A DNA stretch of 64,000 nucleotides from an uncultured Candidatus Rokubacteria bacterium (GCA_963826115.1 CAWGVS010000005.1:864001-928000), one strand, 5' to 3'. Shown: positions 19,403 to 29,986, counted from the first letter of the stretch. Numbers and translations: made by a program. Notes: generated from the letters alone by a model not told the origin.

Positions 19403-20212
19403 ATGACACGCGACGTGCGCCGCATCGGTCTCTTCGGGCTCGGCACCATCGGCCGGGCGGTCGCCGGCGCGGTCGCGGCGGGCATGCCGGGCCTGTGCCT
19501 CGCCGGCGCGACGAGCCGCGACGCCGGCCGCGCGCGGGAGTTCCTGGCCGGCCTTCCTGGGCTCCCTCCCCTCCTCGGACTCGACGAGCTGCTCGAGCGC
19601 TCCGACGTCATCGTCGAGGCGGCCACCCAGGCCGCGCTGGTCGCCCACGCGCCGGCGATCCTGGACGCCGGGCGCGACCTGGTGGTTCTCTCGGTGGGCG
19701 CACTTCTCGATCACCCCGAGTGGATCGAGCGGGCCCGGGACCGTGGCGCGCGGATCCACGCGGTCTCCGGGGCGATCGCGGGCCTCGATGGCCTGAAGGG
19801 CGCGGCGATCGACGGCCACCTCGCCTCCGTCGTGATGGAGACGCGGAAGCCGCCGAGGGGGCTCGCCGGGGCACCGGGCGTCGCCGGGATCGACCTGGAC
19901 CGGATCGCCACCCCGACCGTGGTCTTCGAGGGCACCGCCCGTGAGGCGTGCCGCGCCTTCCCCGCGAACGTGAACGTCGTCGCCGCGGTCTCGCTGGCGG
20001 GGCTCGGCCCCGACCGGACGCGGATCCGGATCTACGCGGATCCGTCGGTCGACCGGAACCGGCACACGGTGACGGCGGAGGGCGGGTTCGGGCGACTCAG
20101 GATCGAGATCGAGAACGTCCCGTCTGAGAATCCCCGGACCGGAAAGCTCTCCTACCTGTCCACGATCGCTCATCTCCGCGACCTTGGCGCGTCCCTGCGG
20201 ATCGGGACGTGA
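19403..20212 (+). CDS. nadX: L-aspartate dehydrogenase
   Basis: GLGTIG, VEAA, SVGAL, SGAIAGLD, TRKPP, FPANVNV, PSENPRTG. Confidence 0.92.
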   Translation: MTRDVRRIGLFGLGTIGRAVAGAVAAGMPGLCLAGATSRDAGRAREFLAGLPGLPPLLGLDELLERSDVIVEAATQAALVAHAPAILDAGRDLVVLSVGALLDHPEWIERARDRGARIHAVSGAIAGLDGLKGAAIDGHLASVVMETRKPPRGLAGAPGVAGIDLDRIATPTVVFEGTAREACRAFPANVNVVAAVSLAGLGPDRTRIRIYADPSVDRNRHTVTAEGGFGRLRIEIENVPSENPRTGKLSYLSTIAHLRDLGASLRIGT

Positions 20213-20440
20213 CGCCGACGAGCCGGCGGCGCGCTGGGGAGAGGCTTCAGGCGACGGCTCGGGTTGGCGAGCGCGCAGCGTCCACGGGGCGTAACAAGCC
20301 TGCTCATCCTCAGGACACGTCCGGCGGACGGTGAGCCGATCGGGCTCGGACATGCGGGCGTGCGTCCCGCGCCCGGCGTCCTGGGTCGTGAAGCCGATCG
20401 CCGCGGTGATGGAGGGTTGCCGGACCGCCGCGCCGAGGCG

Positions 20441-20474
20441 CCGCAAGCCCGCGCCACGGGGCGCGGGCTCGCGG
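20441..20474. terminator. GC-rich hairpin between convergent genes
   Basis: CCGCAAGCCCGCGCC-ACGG-GGCGCGGGCTCGCGG inverted repeat just past the lipoprotein stop; no clear U-tract. Confidence 0.4.
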
Positions 20475-20498
20475 GTTACTCCAGGGTGTCGCGGAGCC

Positions 20499-20915
20499 TC
20501 ACTTCGATTTCGTGAGCTGATTCGACACTCGGCGGCCGCCGTCCTTCGTCACGCCCTGCCAGTTCCACGTCCACGAGGTCGAGCCCTCGTGGAACGTCAT
20601 CTTGCCTTGCGACCTGGCCGAATCGTACTGGACGCCACCGTCGACGATCTTCATCGTGCCCGGGAGCTGAGTCGCGTTCGGCCGCCGGTCCGCGATCCAG
20701 AACGCGCCATTTTCTTGGATGATTCCCTCGATCTCCGTCGAGAGCTCGCCCTGGACGTCGGTCTTCCCCGTCCAGTGGCCGGCCAGCATCTTGAAGTCGC
20801 CCTCCTTCATGGCCCGGGCCGGCTCGCTCGTCGGGGCCGCAGCGCAGCCCGCGATCACGGCGGCTAGGACCAGCACTCCAACCCCTCGACCGGAAAACCA
20901 GCGAGTACGCGTCAT
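20499..20915 (-). CDS. Hypothetical lipoprotein
   Basis: AAGGAG RBS, ATG 20915, signal peptide with lipobox IAGC, beta-rich mature part. Confidence 0.75.
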   Translation of the reverse strand: MTRTRWFSGRGVGVLVLAAVIAGCAAAPTSEPARAMKEGDFKMLAGHWTGKTDVQGELSTEIEGIIQENGAFWIADRRPNATQLPGTMKIVDGGVQYDSARSQGKMTFHEGSTSWTWNWQGVTKDGGRRVSNQLTKSK

Positions 20916-21115
20916 CGATGCGCTCCTTGTCCCACCCCTCCGATACGGCCCCTGACGGGCGAGCTCGCTCGCGGGTGAGATTGGGCCAGAACAGTTGAGA
21001 GCCGGGGTCCCGGCATGACCGATCGACCGACCGCCCCGTCGGTTCGCTGCTTCACCCTCCTGGCGGAGTCGCCCCCGCGCGATCGCTCCGGTCCAGCTCC
21101 GGCGCGTCCTCTGGT

Positions 21116-22045
21116 CTAGTGCGCGTGGGCCTCCAGGAAGCGCTCGGCGTCGATGGCGGCCATGCAGCCGGTCCCCGCGGCCGTGACCGCCTGGCGGTAC
21201 ACGTGGTCCGCGACGTCGCCGGCCGCGAACACGCCGGGGACGTTCGTCCGCGTCGACCCGGACTCGGTCACGAGGTAGCCGGCGGGGTCCATCTCGAGCT
21301 GTCCCGAGAAGAGCTGCGTGTTGGGCGTGTGGCCGATCGCCACGAACACGCCGCCCGCGGGCAGGTCCTCCGCGGCGCCGCTGTCGGGATCGCGGAGGCG
21401 GATGCCCGTGACGCGGTCGGTGCCGAGGATCTCGTCGACGACGCGGTTCAAGGCCCAGGCGACCTTCGGGTTCCGGTGGGCGCGGTCCTGCATGATCTTG
21501 GACGCCCGCAGGGTGTCCCGCCGGTGCACGATGGTCACCTTGCTGGCGAACTTCGTGAGGAACGTGGCTTCCTCCATCGCGGAGTCGCCGCCGCCCACGA
21601 CGACCAGCTCCTGGCCCTTGAAGAAGAAGCCGTCGCAGGTCGCGCAGGTCGACAGGCCGCGTCCCAGGAGCCGCCGCTCCGACTCGAGGCCGAGCAGCCG
21701 CGCCGACGCGCCGGTGGCCACGATGATCGCCCGCGCCCGCCACGTCCGCTCGGCGGTCTTGACCGTGAACGGCCGGCTGGAGAGGTCCACCCCGACCACG
21801 TCGTCATCGACGAAGTCCGTGCCGAAGCGCTCCGCCTGCTTGCGCATGACGTCCATCAGCTCCGGCCCGAGGATCGCCTCGGCGAATCCCGGGTAGTTCT
21901 CGACCTCGGAGGTCAACGTCAGCTGGCCTCCGGGCTGGCTCCCCGCCACGATGAGGGGCATCAGGTTCGCCCGCCCCGCGTAGATCGCGGCGGTCAGCCC
22001 GGCCGGGCCGGACCCGACGATGATCACGTTCCGCTCGTCGCTCAC
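21116..22045 (-). CDS. trxB: Thioredoxin-disulfide reductase
   Basis: GSGPAG, GGQL, CATC redox motif, [16 protein letters not shown]. Confidence 0.97.
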   Translation of the reverse strand: MSDERNVIIVGSGPAGLTAAIYAGRANLMPLIVAGSQPGGQLTLTSEVENYPGFAEAILGPELMDVMRKQAERFGTDFVDDDVVGVDLSSRPFTVKTAERTWRARAIIVATGASARLLGLESERRLLGRGLSTCATCDGFFFKGQELVVVGGGDSAMEEATFLTKFASKVTIVHRRDTLRASKIMQDRAHRNPKVAWALNRVVDEILGTDRVTGIRLRDPDSGAAEDLPAGGVFVAIGHTPNTQLFSGQLEMDPAGYLVTESGSTRTNVPGVFAAGDVADHVYRQAVTAAGTGCMAAIDAERFLEAHAH

Positions 22046-22163
22046 GATCTATCCTCGCTCCCCGTTGGATGGGATCGGCCGCTCGGCGGCCGCCCGGCCC
22101 GCTGCCGGGCCTCCGTACATGAGACGGTCACGCCCCTACCCAGGATGCGCCCGAATCTCCCCG

Positions 22164-22201
22164 AAAGAAAACGGCCCCGGGGGGACGAGTCCCCGGGGCC
22201 G
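22164..22201 (-). terminator. Rho-independent terminator of the cold-shock gene
   Basis: CGGCCCCGGGG-loop-CCCCGGGGCCG followed by TTTTCTTT on the minus strand. Confidence 0.85.
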
Positions 22202-22221
22202 GCGCGAAGCCTCGGCGAGAG

Positions 22222-22425
22222 CTACTTCTTGACGACGTTGGCCGCCTGCTTGCCCTTGGGGCCGTCGACGACGTCGAACTCGACCGACTGGCCCTCGGCG
22301 AGGGTTCGGAACCCAGAGCCCTCGACCGCCGTGTAGTGGACGAAGACGTCCTCCTTGTCTGGGCGCTCGATGAAGCCGTACCCCTTGGCATCGTTGAACC
22401 ACTTCACCACCCCGGTCTCACGCAT
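22222..22425 (-). CDS. Cold-shock protein (CspA family)
   Basis: [29 protein letters not shown]; AAGGAG RBS. Confidence 0.97.
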   Translation of the reverse strand: MRETGVVKWFNDAKGYGFIERPDKEDVFVHYTAVEGSGFRTLAEGQSVEFDVVDGPKGKQAANVVKK

Positions 22426-22571
22426 GCCTCGCTCCTTCTGTGGGGATGAGGACGACGGCCAACCAGCAGGCTCCGCGGGGGGCCGGGGCGCCCCTGCGCC
22501 GAAACACCGTGCGCCGCGCGCGATGTCCCCGGCAATCGCGGCAGAACACTAGCGAAACGCCGCTGGCGGCG

Positions 22572-23336
22572 TCAAGAACCTTTTGGACCGGGTTCCAGCG
22601 CCTCCCGGAGGTCGGCGAGACCGGGGAGGTCGAGGTCGGGCGCCGGGATGCCTGGGGGGAGGGCCGCCCGGTCCGGATTCAACCAGGCTGCCGCCATCCC
22701 GATCCCCTTCGCCCCGGCCACGTCGATGTCCGGGCGGTCGCCGACGAAGAGGCAGGCCCGGCGGTCGATGCCCATCTCGTCGAGGGCGCGCTGGAAGATG
22801 TCGGGCCGGGGCTTCCGCCAGCCCACCGTGTCCGAGACCACCACCGTCTCGAACCGGCCGAGGATCCCCCCCTCCGTCAGGATGCGGAGGACGGTTGGCG
22901 TGTAGTCGAAGTTCGAGACGACGGCCAGGCGGTACCGCCCCTGGAGCCAGTCGAGCAGCGCTCCCTGCCCCGGCATGGGCTCGGCGGCGCTGGCGAGACA
23001 GGCCATGTGGGTGGCCAGGAGGGCGTCGGTCACGCTGGCGGGAACGTCCGCGGGGTCGACGCCGACCCGCCGGTAGAAGAGCTCGAAGCGCTGCTGCGCC
23101 GGCACCTCCTCGTGGTTCACCGCGCGGAGGCGGTCGGCCTCCTTGTACGCCCAGAGGAAGGCGTCGTAGAAGGCCTCGAGCCCGAGCCCCGGGAGGACGT
23201 CGGCCGCGATCCCGTGGAGCTTCGGCACGGAGGACCGGACCTCGCGCCCGCCGATCCGGGCCGCGGGCAGCCGCCCGCGGTCCAGGCGGACGAGCGTGTC
23301 GAACATGTCGAAGAGGACCGCGGCGTACCGCGCCAT
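22572..23336 (-). CDS. HAD family hydrolase
   Basis: FDMFDTL, VVSN, RKP, FVGDRPDIDVAGA. Confidence 0.92.
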   Translation of the reverse strand: MARYAAVLFDMFDTLVRLDRGRLPAARIGGREVRSSVPKLHGIAADVLPGLGLEAFYDAFLWAYKEADRLRAVNHEEVPAQQRFELFYRRVGVDPADVPASVTDALLATHMACLASAAEPMPGQGALLDWLQGRYRLAVVSNFDYTPTVLRILTEGGILGRFETVVVSDTVGWRKPRPDIFQRALDEMGIDRRACLFVGDRPDIDVAGAKGIGMAAAWLNPDRAALPPGIPAPDLDLPGLADLREALEPGPKGS

Positions 23337-23355
23337 CGCGGGGGCGGACGGCCCT

Positions 23356-24357
23356 TCAGCCGAGCTCGGCGCGCGCCGCCCGGACCGCGGACATCATGAC
23401 GGCGAGCTTGGCCCGGCTCTCCTCCACCGTGCGGGTCTTGAGCCCGCAGTCGGGGTCCACCCAGATCCGGTCGGCGGGCAGCACGGCGGTGCCGCGCCGG
23501 ATGCGGGCGTGGACGTCGTCGAGCGCCTCGGTGGCGTGCGAGTGGACGTCGAGCACGCCGAGCGACAGGTCCTTGGTGAACGGGTCCTTCTCGAACATCG
23601 CCAGGAGGTCGAGCGCGCTGTGCGAGATCGCGAGGTCGAGATTGTCGACCGGCAGGTCGAGGAGACCCGGGTAGATCGTCTCGAAGGCGCCGAAGCACGC
23701 GTGGACGACGTAGTACGCGGCGAGCCCGTCCACCACCGTGTGCATCGCCTCGACCGCGAAGCCCAGCTCGTCCGGCCGCACCGAGAGCGCGGGCTCGTCG
23801 ATCTGGATGATGCGTACGCCGGCCTCGAGCAGGGCCTCGACCTCCTTGCGGACCTCCCGGGCGAGCGCGAGACACGCCGTCTTGCGGTCCGCGTAGTGGT
23901 CGTCGAAGGACCAGTCCATGAGGGTGTACGGGCCGGTGAGCATGCCCTTGACCGGACGCGTGGTCAGGGACTGCGTCCACCGCCACCAGTCGACGGTCAT
24001 GGGTCCCGGCCAGCGCACCGGACCCACCATCACCGGCTTGTGGTAGTAGCGGTTGCCGTAGGAGCGCACGAGGCCCCCCTGGGCGAAGCCGGGCATCGTC
24101 TCCGCGAAGTAGGCCACCATGTCGCCCCGGTACTGCTCGCCGTCCACGAGGACGTCGAGGCCGAGCTCCTCCTGGGTGCGCACCCAGAACTCGGTCGCCT
24201 GCCGCTCGAGGCGGTCCAACTCGCTCCGCGTGATGGCATTGCGCGTGGCCTTCGCCCGGGCCTCGATGAGGTAGTCCGGCTTCGGGAAGCTGCCAACCGT
24301 GGACGTCGGCAGCTTCGGCAGATCCAGGCCGAGACGGCGGAGCTTCTCGCGGCTCAT
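23356..24357 (-). CDS. Cobalamin-independent methionine synthase, catalytic half (split MetE)
   Basis: TSTVGSFPKP, VDGEQYRGDMV, KGMLTGPYT, IQIDEPA, HAC and PDCGLKT zinc motifs. Confidence 0.88.
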   Translation of the reverse strand: MSREKLRRLGLDLPKLPTSTVGSFPKPDYLIEARAKATRNAITRSELDRLERQATEFWVRTQEELGLDVLVDGEQYRGDMVAYFAETMPGFAQGGLVRSYGNRYYHKPVMVGPVRWPGPMTVDWWRWTQSLTTRPVKGMLTGPYTLMDWSFDDHYADRKTACLALAREVRKEVEALLEAGVRIIQIDEPALSVRPDELGFAVEAMHTVVDGLAAYYVVHACFGAFETIYPGLLDLPVDNLDLAISHSALDLLAMFEKDPFTKDLSLGVLDVHSHATEALDDVHARIRRGTAVLPADRIWVDPDCGLKTRTVEESRAKLAVMMSAVRAARAELG

Positions 24358-25346
24358 CGGGACCTCCCGTCGCGGCCCGCGTGCTCGCGGGCGATCGCGA
24401 CCATGTTCTCGAGCTTGGCCCGGGCTCGTGCTCTGGGGAGGAGCTCGAGCCCGCAGGACGGGCCGAGGCCGACGGGCGCCCGGAGGCTCGGCAGCACGCG
24501 GTCGAGGAGCCGGAGGATCGGGTCCCGCGCCTCGAGCTTGGTGTTCCGGCCGTCCACCACCCCGAGGACCAGCGCGCGCGGCGCACCCGCCTCCCGGATC
24601 CGATCCGCCAGCTTCGGACCGTACGTGAGGTCGAGTCCCACCAGGTCGACCGGCATCGCCATCAGATCGTCCCACACCGGCAGCGCGTCGCCGAAGTAGG
24701 TGTAGAGCGCCAGGTGCGCGTGCCCGCGCGCCGCGGCCAGGGTCTCGAGCCCCTCGCGGACCACGTCGGCGTGCTCCGGGTGCTGCAGGAGATACGGCTC
24801 GTCCACCTGGATGACGGCGGCGCCCGCGTGGACCAGATCGGCGACCTCGTGGGCCAGCACCTCCGCATAGGCGCGGGCGAGCTCTCGGCGGTTCCGGTAG
24901 CCGCCCTCCAGGATGGACCCGCAGGCGAGGCTATAGGGCCCGGTCAGGACGGGCTTCACCACGCGGTCCGTGGCCTCGCGGGCGATCTCGAACTCGCGCC
25001 GCAGGACCGGCTCCCGGCGCCGTATCGTTCCGGTGACCACCGGCTGGCGGAAGTAGAAGTTCGTGTCGAAGTACCGCAGGAGGCCGTTGATCTGGATCCC
25101 GTCGCAGTGCCGGGCCACGTGCGAGATCGGGTCGTACCAGCGCACCTGGCCGTCGGTCACGACGTCGAGCCCGGCCGCCGCCTGCTCCTGCACCACCTGC
25201 CGCGCCACCTCGTCCTCGACTCCGCGCCACTCGGTCTCGGAGATCTCGCCGCGCTCGCGCTGGGCGTACGCGCGCCGGTGCCGCTGGGTTTCTGGGGACT
25301 CGCCGATACGCGGATAGGAGCCCGCGCTCGTCAGGATCAGATCCAT
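24354..25346 (-). CDS. Split MetE N-terminal (folate-binding) half
   Basis: GSYPRIG, VTDGQVRWYD, RYFDTNFYFRQP, KPVLTGPYS, QVDEP, YTYFG, GVVDGRN. Confidence 0.85.
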   Translation of the reverse strand: MDLILTSAGSYPRIGESPETQRHRRAYAQRERGEISETEWRGVEDEVARQVVQEQAAAGLDVVTDGQVRWYDPISHVARHCDGIQINGLLRYFDTNFYFRQPVVTGTIRRREPVLRREFEIAREATDRVVKPVLTGPYSLACGSILEGGYRNRRELARAYAEVLAHEVADLVHAGAAVIQVDEPYLLQHPEHADVVREGLETLAAARGHAHLALYTYFGDALPVWDDLMAMPVDLVGLDLTYGPKLADRIREAGAPRALVLGVVDGRNTKLEARDPILRLLDRVLPSLRAPVGLGPSCGLELLPRARARAKLENMVAIAREHAGRDGRSR

Positions 25347-25777
25347 CACGCCTCCGTCTCGCTCTCGGGGATGGCCTTCCGGCCGCCGAAGCCCTCGTCG
25401 AGCCCGTGCCAGAACCGGACTCGCTTCTCACCGTACCGCCAGCACAGGTTCACCTCGCGCCCGTCCACGAGGCCCAGGAAGTCCACCAGCCCGAGCTCGA
25501 GGTCCTTTGGGACCCCGCCCGTGGCGAGGAGCCCGCCGAGCCCCGCGCGCACCTCACGGTTCGCCTTCTCGATCCCGGAGCGGCGGGCCCGCCACCACTC
25601 CGGCCGGAGCCGCATGCCGCCGGCCAGCACCACCTCGCGCTGGGCGGTCTCGAGCGCGGTGCGGAGCCGCGCCGCCTCCGCATGCGCTCCTATCACGCGG
25701 CCCATGTGCGTCTCCAGCTTCGGGATCAGGGCCTCGACCGCCCGCACCGTGAAGTAGCGCTTCGCCTCGTCCGTCAC
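25346..25777 (-). CDS. DUF2203 family protein
   Basis: RYFTV, KDLELGLVDF, LCWRYGE, FWHGLDEGFGGRK. Confidence 0.88.
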   Translation of the reverse strand: MTDEAKRYFTVRAVEALIPKLETHMGRVIGAHAEAARLRTALETAQREVVLAGGMRLRPEWWRARRSGIEKANREVRAGLGGLLATGGVPKDLELGLVDFLGLVDGREVNLCWRYGEKRVRFWHGLDEGFGGRKAIPESETEA

Positions 25778-25786
25778 GGCCGCGCC

Positions 25787-27130
25787 TCAGGGTCCGTCCC
25801 GCGGAACCATGCCCTCGACCGACCAGGCCAGGAGCTCGACGGGATGGTACGCGCGCACCTCGAGACCCCGGTCGGCAAGGCCGCGGCGGAGCTGCAGGAG
25901 GCACCCGGGATTGCCGGTCGCCACCACGCCGGCCTTCGTTCCGGCGACCCGGTCGAGCTTCCGCGCCAGGAGCTGGCCGGAGATCTCCGGCTCCATGAGG
26001 TTGTAGACCCCGGCGGAGCCGCAGCAGAGGTCGGACTCCGGGAGCTCGACCAGCGTGAGCCCCGGGATCGCGCGGAGGATGGCGCGCGGCGCCTCCCGGA
26101 CGCGCTGGCCGTGCGCCAGATGACACGGCTCGTGGTAGGTCACCGTGAGGTCGAGCGGCTGCCGTGGCCCGGGCAGGTTCTCGGCGAGGAGCTCGGTCAC
26201 GTCCCGCACGCGCGCGGCGATCCGGGTCGCCCGCGGATCGTCCGCGAGGAGATGGCCGTAGTCGCGGAGCGCCGCGCCGCATCCGGCCGCGTTCGTGACG
26301 ATCCAGTCCGCGCCCGCGAAGGCCGCGAGATTCCGCCGGGCCTGCTCGCGCCCGCCCGCCCGATCCCCCCAGTGGAGGTGGAGGGCCCCGCAGCACCCCT
26401 GCCCCTCCGGCACGACCACCCGGTAGCCGGCGCGGGCGAGGAGGCTCACGGTCGCGCGGTTCACGCCCGGGAACAGGAGCGACTGGACGCATCCCTCGAG
26501 GAGCGCGACCGTGCCGCGCGAGGCGCCCGCCGCCGGCGGGGTTTCACGCGGCAGCGCGGCGCCGGCGCCGCCCGGGAGGGCCGGCAGGAGCCGCTCCATC
26601 GCGCCGAGGCGCGGGAAGCGCCCGAGGACCCCGGACCCGCGGACCAGACGCTGGAGGCCGGAGCGCTGGTAGAGACGGGTCAGGGCCAGGATCCGCGCGA
26701 GCCGTCGCCGGTCGGGGAACACGCCAAGGATGAAGCGTCCGAGGAGCCGTCGCCCGAGAGGCCGCGGCACCCGCCGCTCGATCTGTCCGCGCGTCTCCTC
26801 GATCAGGCGGCCGAACGGCACCCCGGCCGGGCACGCGGTCTCGCACGCGCGGCAGCCGAGGCAGCGGTCCATGTGGAGGAGGAAGTTCTCGGTGAGGCCG
26901 ATGCGTCCCTCGGACGCGGCGCGCATGAGGTAGACGCGGCCGCGCGGCGAGTCCATCTCCTGGCCGAGCACCTGGTACGTCGGGCACTGCGGCAGACAGA
27001 TCCCGCAGTGCATGCAGTCGAGGATGCCCTCCCAGTCCGGCGGTTCCAGGCCGTCGAACGCGCCCAGGGGGCGCGGGACGGCGTGCCCGGTCTCGGCGGC
27101 GCTGAGTGACGTCGCGTGCTCGGTTGCCAT
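25787..27130 (-). CDS. glcF: Glycolate oxidase Fe-S subunit
   Basis: Two CxxCxxCxxxCP ferredoxin motifs, CCG domains, YHEPCHL. Confidence 0.9.
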   Translation of the reverse strand: MATEHATSLSAAETGHAVPRPLGAFDGLEPPDWEGILDCMHCGICLPQCPTYQVLGQEMDSPRGRVYLMRAASEGRIGLTENFLLHMDRCLGCRACETACPAGVPFGRLIEETRGQIERRVPRPLGRRLLGRFILGVFPDRRRLARILALTRLYQRSGLQRLVRGSGVLGRFPRLGAMERLLPALPGGAGAALPRETPPAAGASRGTVALLEGCVQSLLFPGVNRATVSLLARAGYRVVVPEGQGCCGALHLHWGDRAGGREQARRNLAAFAGADWIVTNAAGCGAALRDYGHLLADDPRATRIAARVRDVTELLAENLPGPRQPLDLTVTYHEPCHLAHGQRVREAPRAILRAIPGLTLVELPESDLCCGSAGVYNLMEPEISGQLLARKLDRVAGTKAGVVATGNPGCLLQLRRGLADRGLEVRAYHPVELLAWSVEGMVPRDGP

Positions 27131-28450
27131 TCAGATCCCGCCCACGTACCGGCCGGGATTGAGGACGCCGCCCGGATCGAGCTCGCGCTTCAGGCGGCGC
27201 ATGGACTCGAGCGCGGCGCCCACGCTCCCCCAGATGTCGAGGCCCGGCAGGGCGTCCGGCGGGGCGTGCTCGACGACACAGCTCCCCCCGAGGGTGCCGA
27301 CCGCGTCGCGGACGTGCGCGACGGCGTCCCGGACCCGGCCGCTCTGGATGGGCGTGGCCGCGGCGTGGAGCACGCCGGTGGCGAGGTCGGCGGTGGCGAC
27401 GATCTCGCGCGTGCCGAGCCCGGCCGCCTCGATCGCGCGGAGCGCCTTCGCGACGTCCGTTGGCCGGGCGCCGATGCGGAGCGACAGATGCGTCGCCGGG
27501 TCGCGCGGCCAGCCCACGTCGGCGACGGTTCGCCACCAGGCGTCGGCGTCCGGCACCTCGATCGGCGCGCCGCCCGCCCGGCCACAGACCTCGGCGACCC
27601 GCGCGCCCTGCGCGCGGACGGCGTCGGGCACGCTGGCGATGGTCACGGCAAGGGCCGCGCCGGGCGGCGAGGCCTCACCCAGGGCGCGCAGCGCGCCGGC
27701 GTCGAGGAGCTGGCAGCGGCTCAGGACGACGGGGGTGTCGCGAACGTCGAGCGCGGCCTCGAGGGCCGCCTCCGCGCTGCCGAAGCCGAACACCCAGCTC
27801 CGCTCCTCCGCGGGGCGCGGGTGGAGCCGGAGGTGCGCCTCGACGACCACGCCCAGCGTGCCGAGGGCGCCCACGTGGAGCTTCGGGATGTCATAGCCCG
27901 TGACGTTCTTGACCACGCGCCCGCCGCCCTTGACGACCGTGCCGTCCGCGCGGACGACGGTGAGACCGACGAGGAGGTCGCGCATCGTCCCGTACCGCGC
28001 CCGGTAAGGCCCCGCCGCGCCGGTCGCGATCAGCCCACCGACCGTCGAGGCCTCCGGCCGCGCGGGATCGAGCGGGACGAACTGCCCGTGCGGCCGCAGG
28101 ATCGCGTCGAGGGCCGGGAGCGTGGCCCCGCACTCGACCGAGAGCGTGAGGTCCGCCGGCTCGTACGCCAGGACCCGATCGAGCCGCGCGAGGGAGAGGA
28201 CGATGTCGAGCCGGCTGGGCGGCGCCCCCCACGCGAGCCTTGCACCGGCCCCCGTGGGCGCCACCGCGAGGCCACGCGCGCTCGCGAGAGCCAGGACGCG
28301 GCTCACGCCGTCGACGCTCGTGGGCGCCGCGACGAAGCGAGGCCTGACGCCGGCCACGGCGTGCGCGCCCGCCAAGTCGCCGGCGAGGACCATTCCGGGG
28401 CCGGCGGCCTCCTCGAGGTCCCGCCCGAGGTCGGCCGCGGTCACACCCAC
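27131..28450 (-). CDS. glcE: Glycolate oxidase FAD-binding subunit
   Basis: YEPADLT, STVGG, GGRVVKNVTGYD, LDPGGVLNPGR. Confidence 0.88.
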   Translation of the reverse strand: MGVTAADLGRDLEEAAGPGMVLAGDLAGAHAVAGVRPRFVAAPTSVDGVSRVLALASARGLAVAPTGAGARLAWGAPPSRLDIVLSLARLDRVLAYEPADLTLSVECGATLPALDAILRPHGQFVPLDPARPEASTVGGLIATGAAGPYRARYGTMRDLLVGLTVVRADGTVVKGGGRVVKNVTGYDIPKLHVGALGTLGVVVEAHLRLHPRPAEERSWVFGFGSAEAALEAALDVRDTPVVLSRCQLLDAGALRALGEASPPGAALAVTIASVPDAVRAQGARVAEVCGRAGGAPIEVPDADAWWRTVADVGWPRDPATHLSLRIGARPTDVAKALRAIEAAGLGTREIVATADLATGVLHAAATPIQSGRVRDAVAHVRDAVGTLGGSCVVEHAPPDALPGLDIWGSVGAALESMRRLKRELDPGGVLNPGRYVGGI

Positions 28451-29883
28451 ATGCCCTCCGGGACCGGCTTCCCCGCGCCGACGGAGGCCGGCGCGCAGGC
28501 GTGCTGACCCGATGGGAAGACCTTCCGGGGATTCATGAGCCCCTGAGGGTCAAACACCCGTCGTACCGCGTGCATCACCTCGAGGTCATCGGGCGTGAAG
28601 AGGAGCGCGAGCTTCTCGGCCTTGTCGAGGCCGACCCCGTGCTCCCCGGTGACGGTCCCCCCGAGCTCGATGCAGGCGACGAGGATCTCCTCGTTCGCCT
28701 CGAGCGCCCGCTCGAACTCGCCCGGGACCCGCTCGTCGTAGCAGATCATCGGGTGGAGGTTGCCGTCGCCTGCGTGAAACACGTTGGCGACCACGAGGCC
28801 GTGGCGGGCGGCGATCGCCTGGATCTGCGCCATGATCGTCGGGAGCTTCGAGCGCGGCACGACCGCGTCCTGCAGGACGTAGTTGTGCGTGATGCGCCCC
28901 ACCGCGCCGGCGGCCTCCTTTCGCCCCTTCCAGAGGAGTGCCCGCTCGGCGTCGTCCCGGGCCACGCGCATCGTCAGGGAGCCCGTCTCGCGGCAGATCC
29001 GCGCGACGGCGTCGGCCTGAGCCTCGACCTCGGCGGCCGGCCCGTCGAGTTCGATCAGGAGGACGGCCTTGGCCTCGGTCGGGTAGCCGGCGTGCACGCC
29101 TGCCTCCACCGCCCGGATGATCGGCTCGTCCATCGCCTCGAGCGCGGCGGGCACGATGCCCTGGGCGATGATCGCCGAGACCGCGGCCGAGGCCACCTCG
29201 ATCGACTCGAAGGTCGCAACCGCCGTCCGCACCGCCTCCGCGGCCCGCGTGAGCTTGACGACGACCTTGGTCACGATGCCGAGCGTGCCCTCGGAGCCGA
29301 CCGCGACACCCGCCAGGTCGTAGCCGGGCCGCTCCGCAACGGGGCCGCCGAGGGTCAGGAGCTCCCCGGTGCCCGTCACGATCTCGAGGCCCAGCACGTG
29401 GTGGGCCACGTTCCCGTACTTGAGCGCGTGGGGGCCGCCGGCGTTGGTCGCGGCGTTCCCCCCGATCGACGAGACCATCTGGCTCGACGGGTCCGGTGCG
29501 AAGTAGTAGCCGCGATCCTGGACGGCCCGCGTGAGGGCCAGGTTGATGACCCCGGGCTCCACGACCGCGTACCGGTTCCGGAGGTCGACCTCGAGGATCC
29601 GGTTCATGCGGTTGAGCCCGATCATGACCCCGCCCTCGGGCGCGGTGGCCCCGCCGATCAGCCCGGTGCCCGAGCCGCGGGGCACGATCGGGACCCCGGC
29701 CTCGAGGCAACGCCGCATCACCGCCTGGACCTCGGCGGTCGAGCGGGGCAGCGCGACTAGGTCGGGCATGCCCTTGTAGTAGACGAGCATGTCGCACTCG
29801 TAGACCAATCGCTGGTCCGCGGCGGAGACGAGCCCGTCGCGGCCGACGATGTCGCGGAGGGCGTCTACGAAGTGGCGGTCCAT
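28441..29883 (-). CDS. glcD: Glycolate oxidase FAD-linked subunit
   Basis: PRGSGTGLIGGA, APDPSS, NAGGPH, HAGDGNLHP, GEHGVG. Confidence 0.92.
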   Translation of the reverse strand: MDRHFVDALRDIVGRDGLVSAADQRLVYECDMLVYYKGMPDLVALPRSTAEVQAVMRRCLEAGVPIVPRGSGTGLIGGATAPEGGVMIGLNRMNRILEVDLRNRYAVVEPGVINLALTRAVQDRGYYFAPDPSSQMVSSIGGNAATNAGGPHALKYGNVAHHVLGLEIVTGTGELLTLGGPVAERPGYDLAGVAVGSEGTLGIVTKVVVKLTRAAEAVRTAVATFESIEVASAAVSAIIAQGIVPAALEAMDEPIIRAVEAGVHAGYPTEAKAVLLIELDGPAAEVEAQADAVARICRETGSLTMRVARDDAERALLWKGRKEAAGAVGRITHNYVLQDAVVPRSKLPTIMAQIQAIAARHGLVVANVFHAGDGNLHPMICYDERVPGEFERALEANEEILVACIELGGTVTGEHGVGLDKAEKLALLFTPDDLEVMHAVRRVFDPQGLMNPRKVFPSGQHACAPASVGAGKPVPEGMWV

Positions 29884-29986
29884 CGGGTCTCCCGAGCGGG
29901 CATGGCCACAGCGGTCGGCATCGAGCGGCGCCGTCGCGCGGACCCCGTGCCGGGCCGGGGACCCGGCGCCGGCGGGGTCGCCGGTG

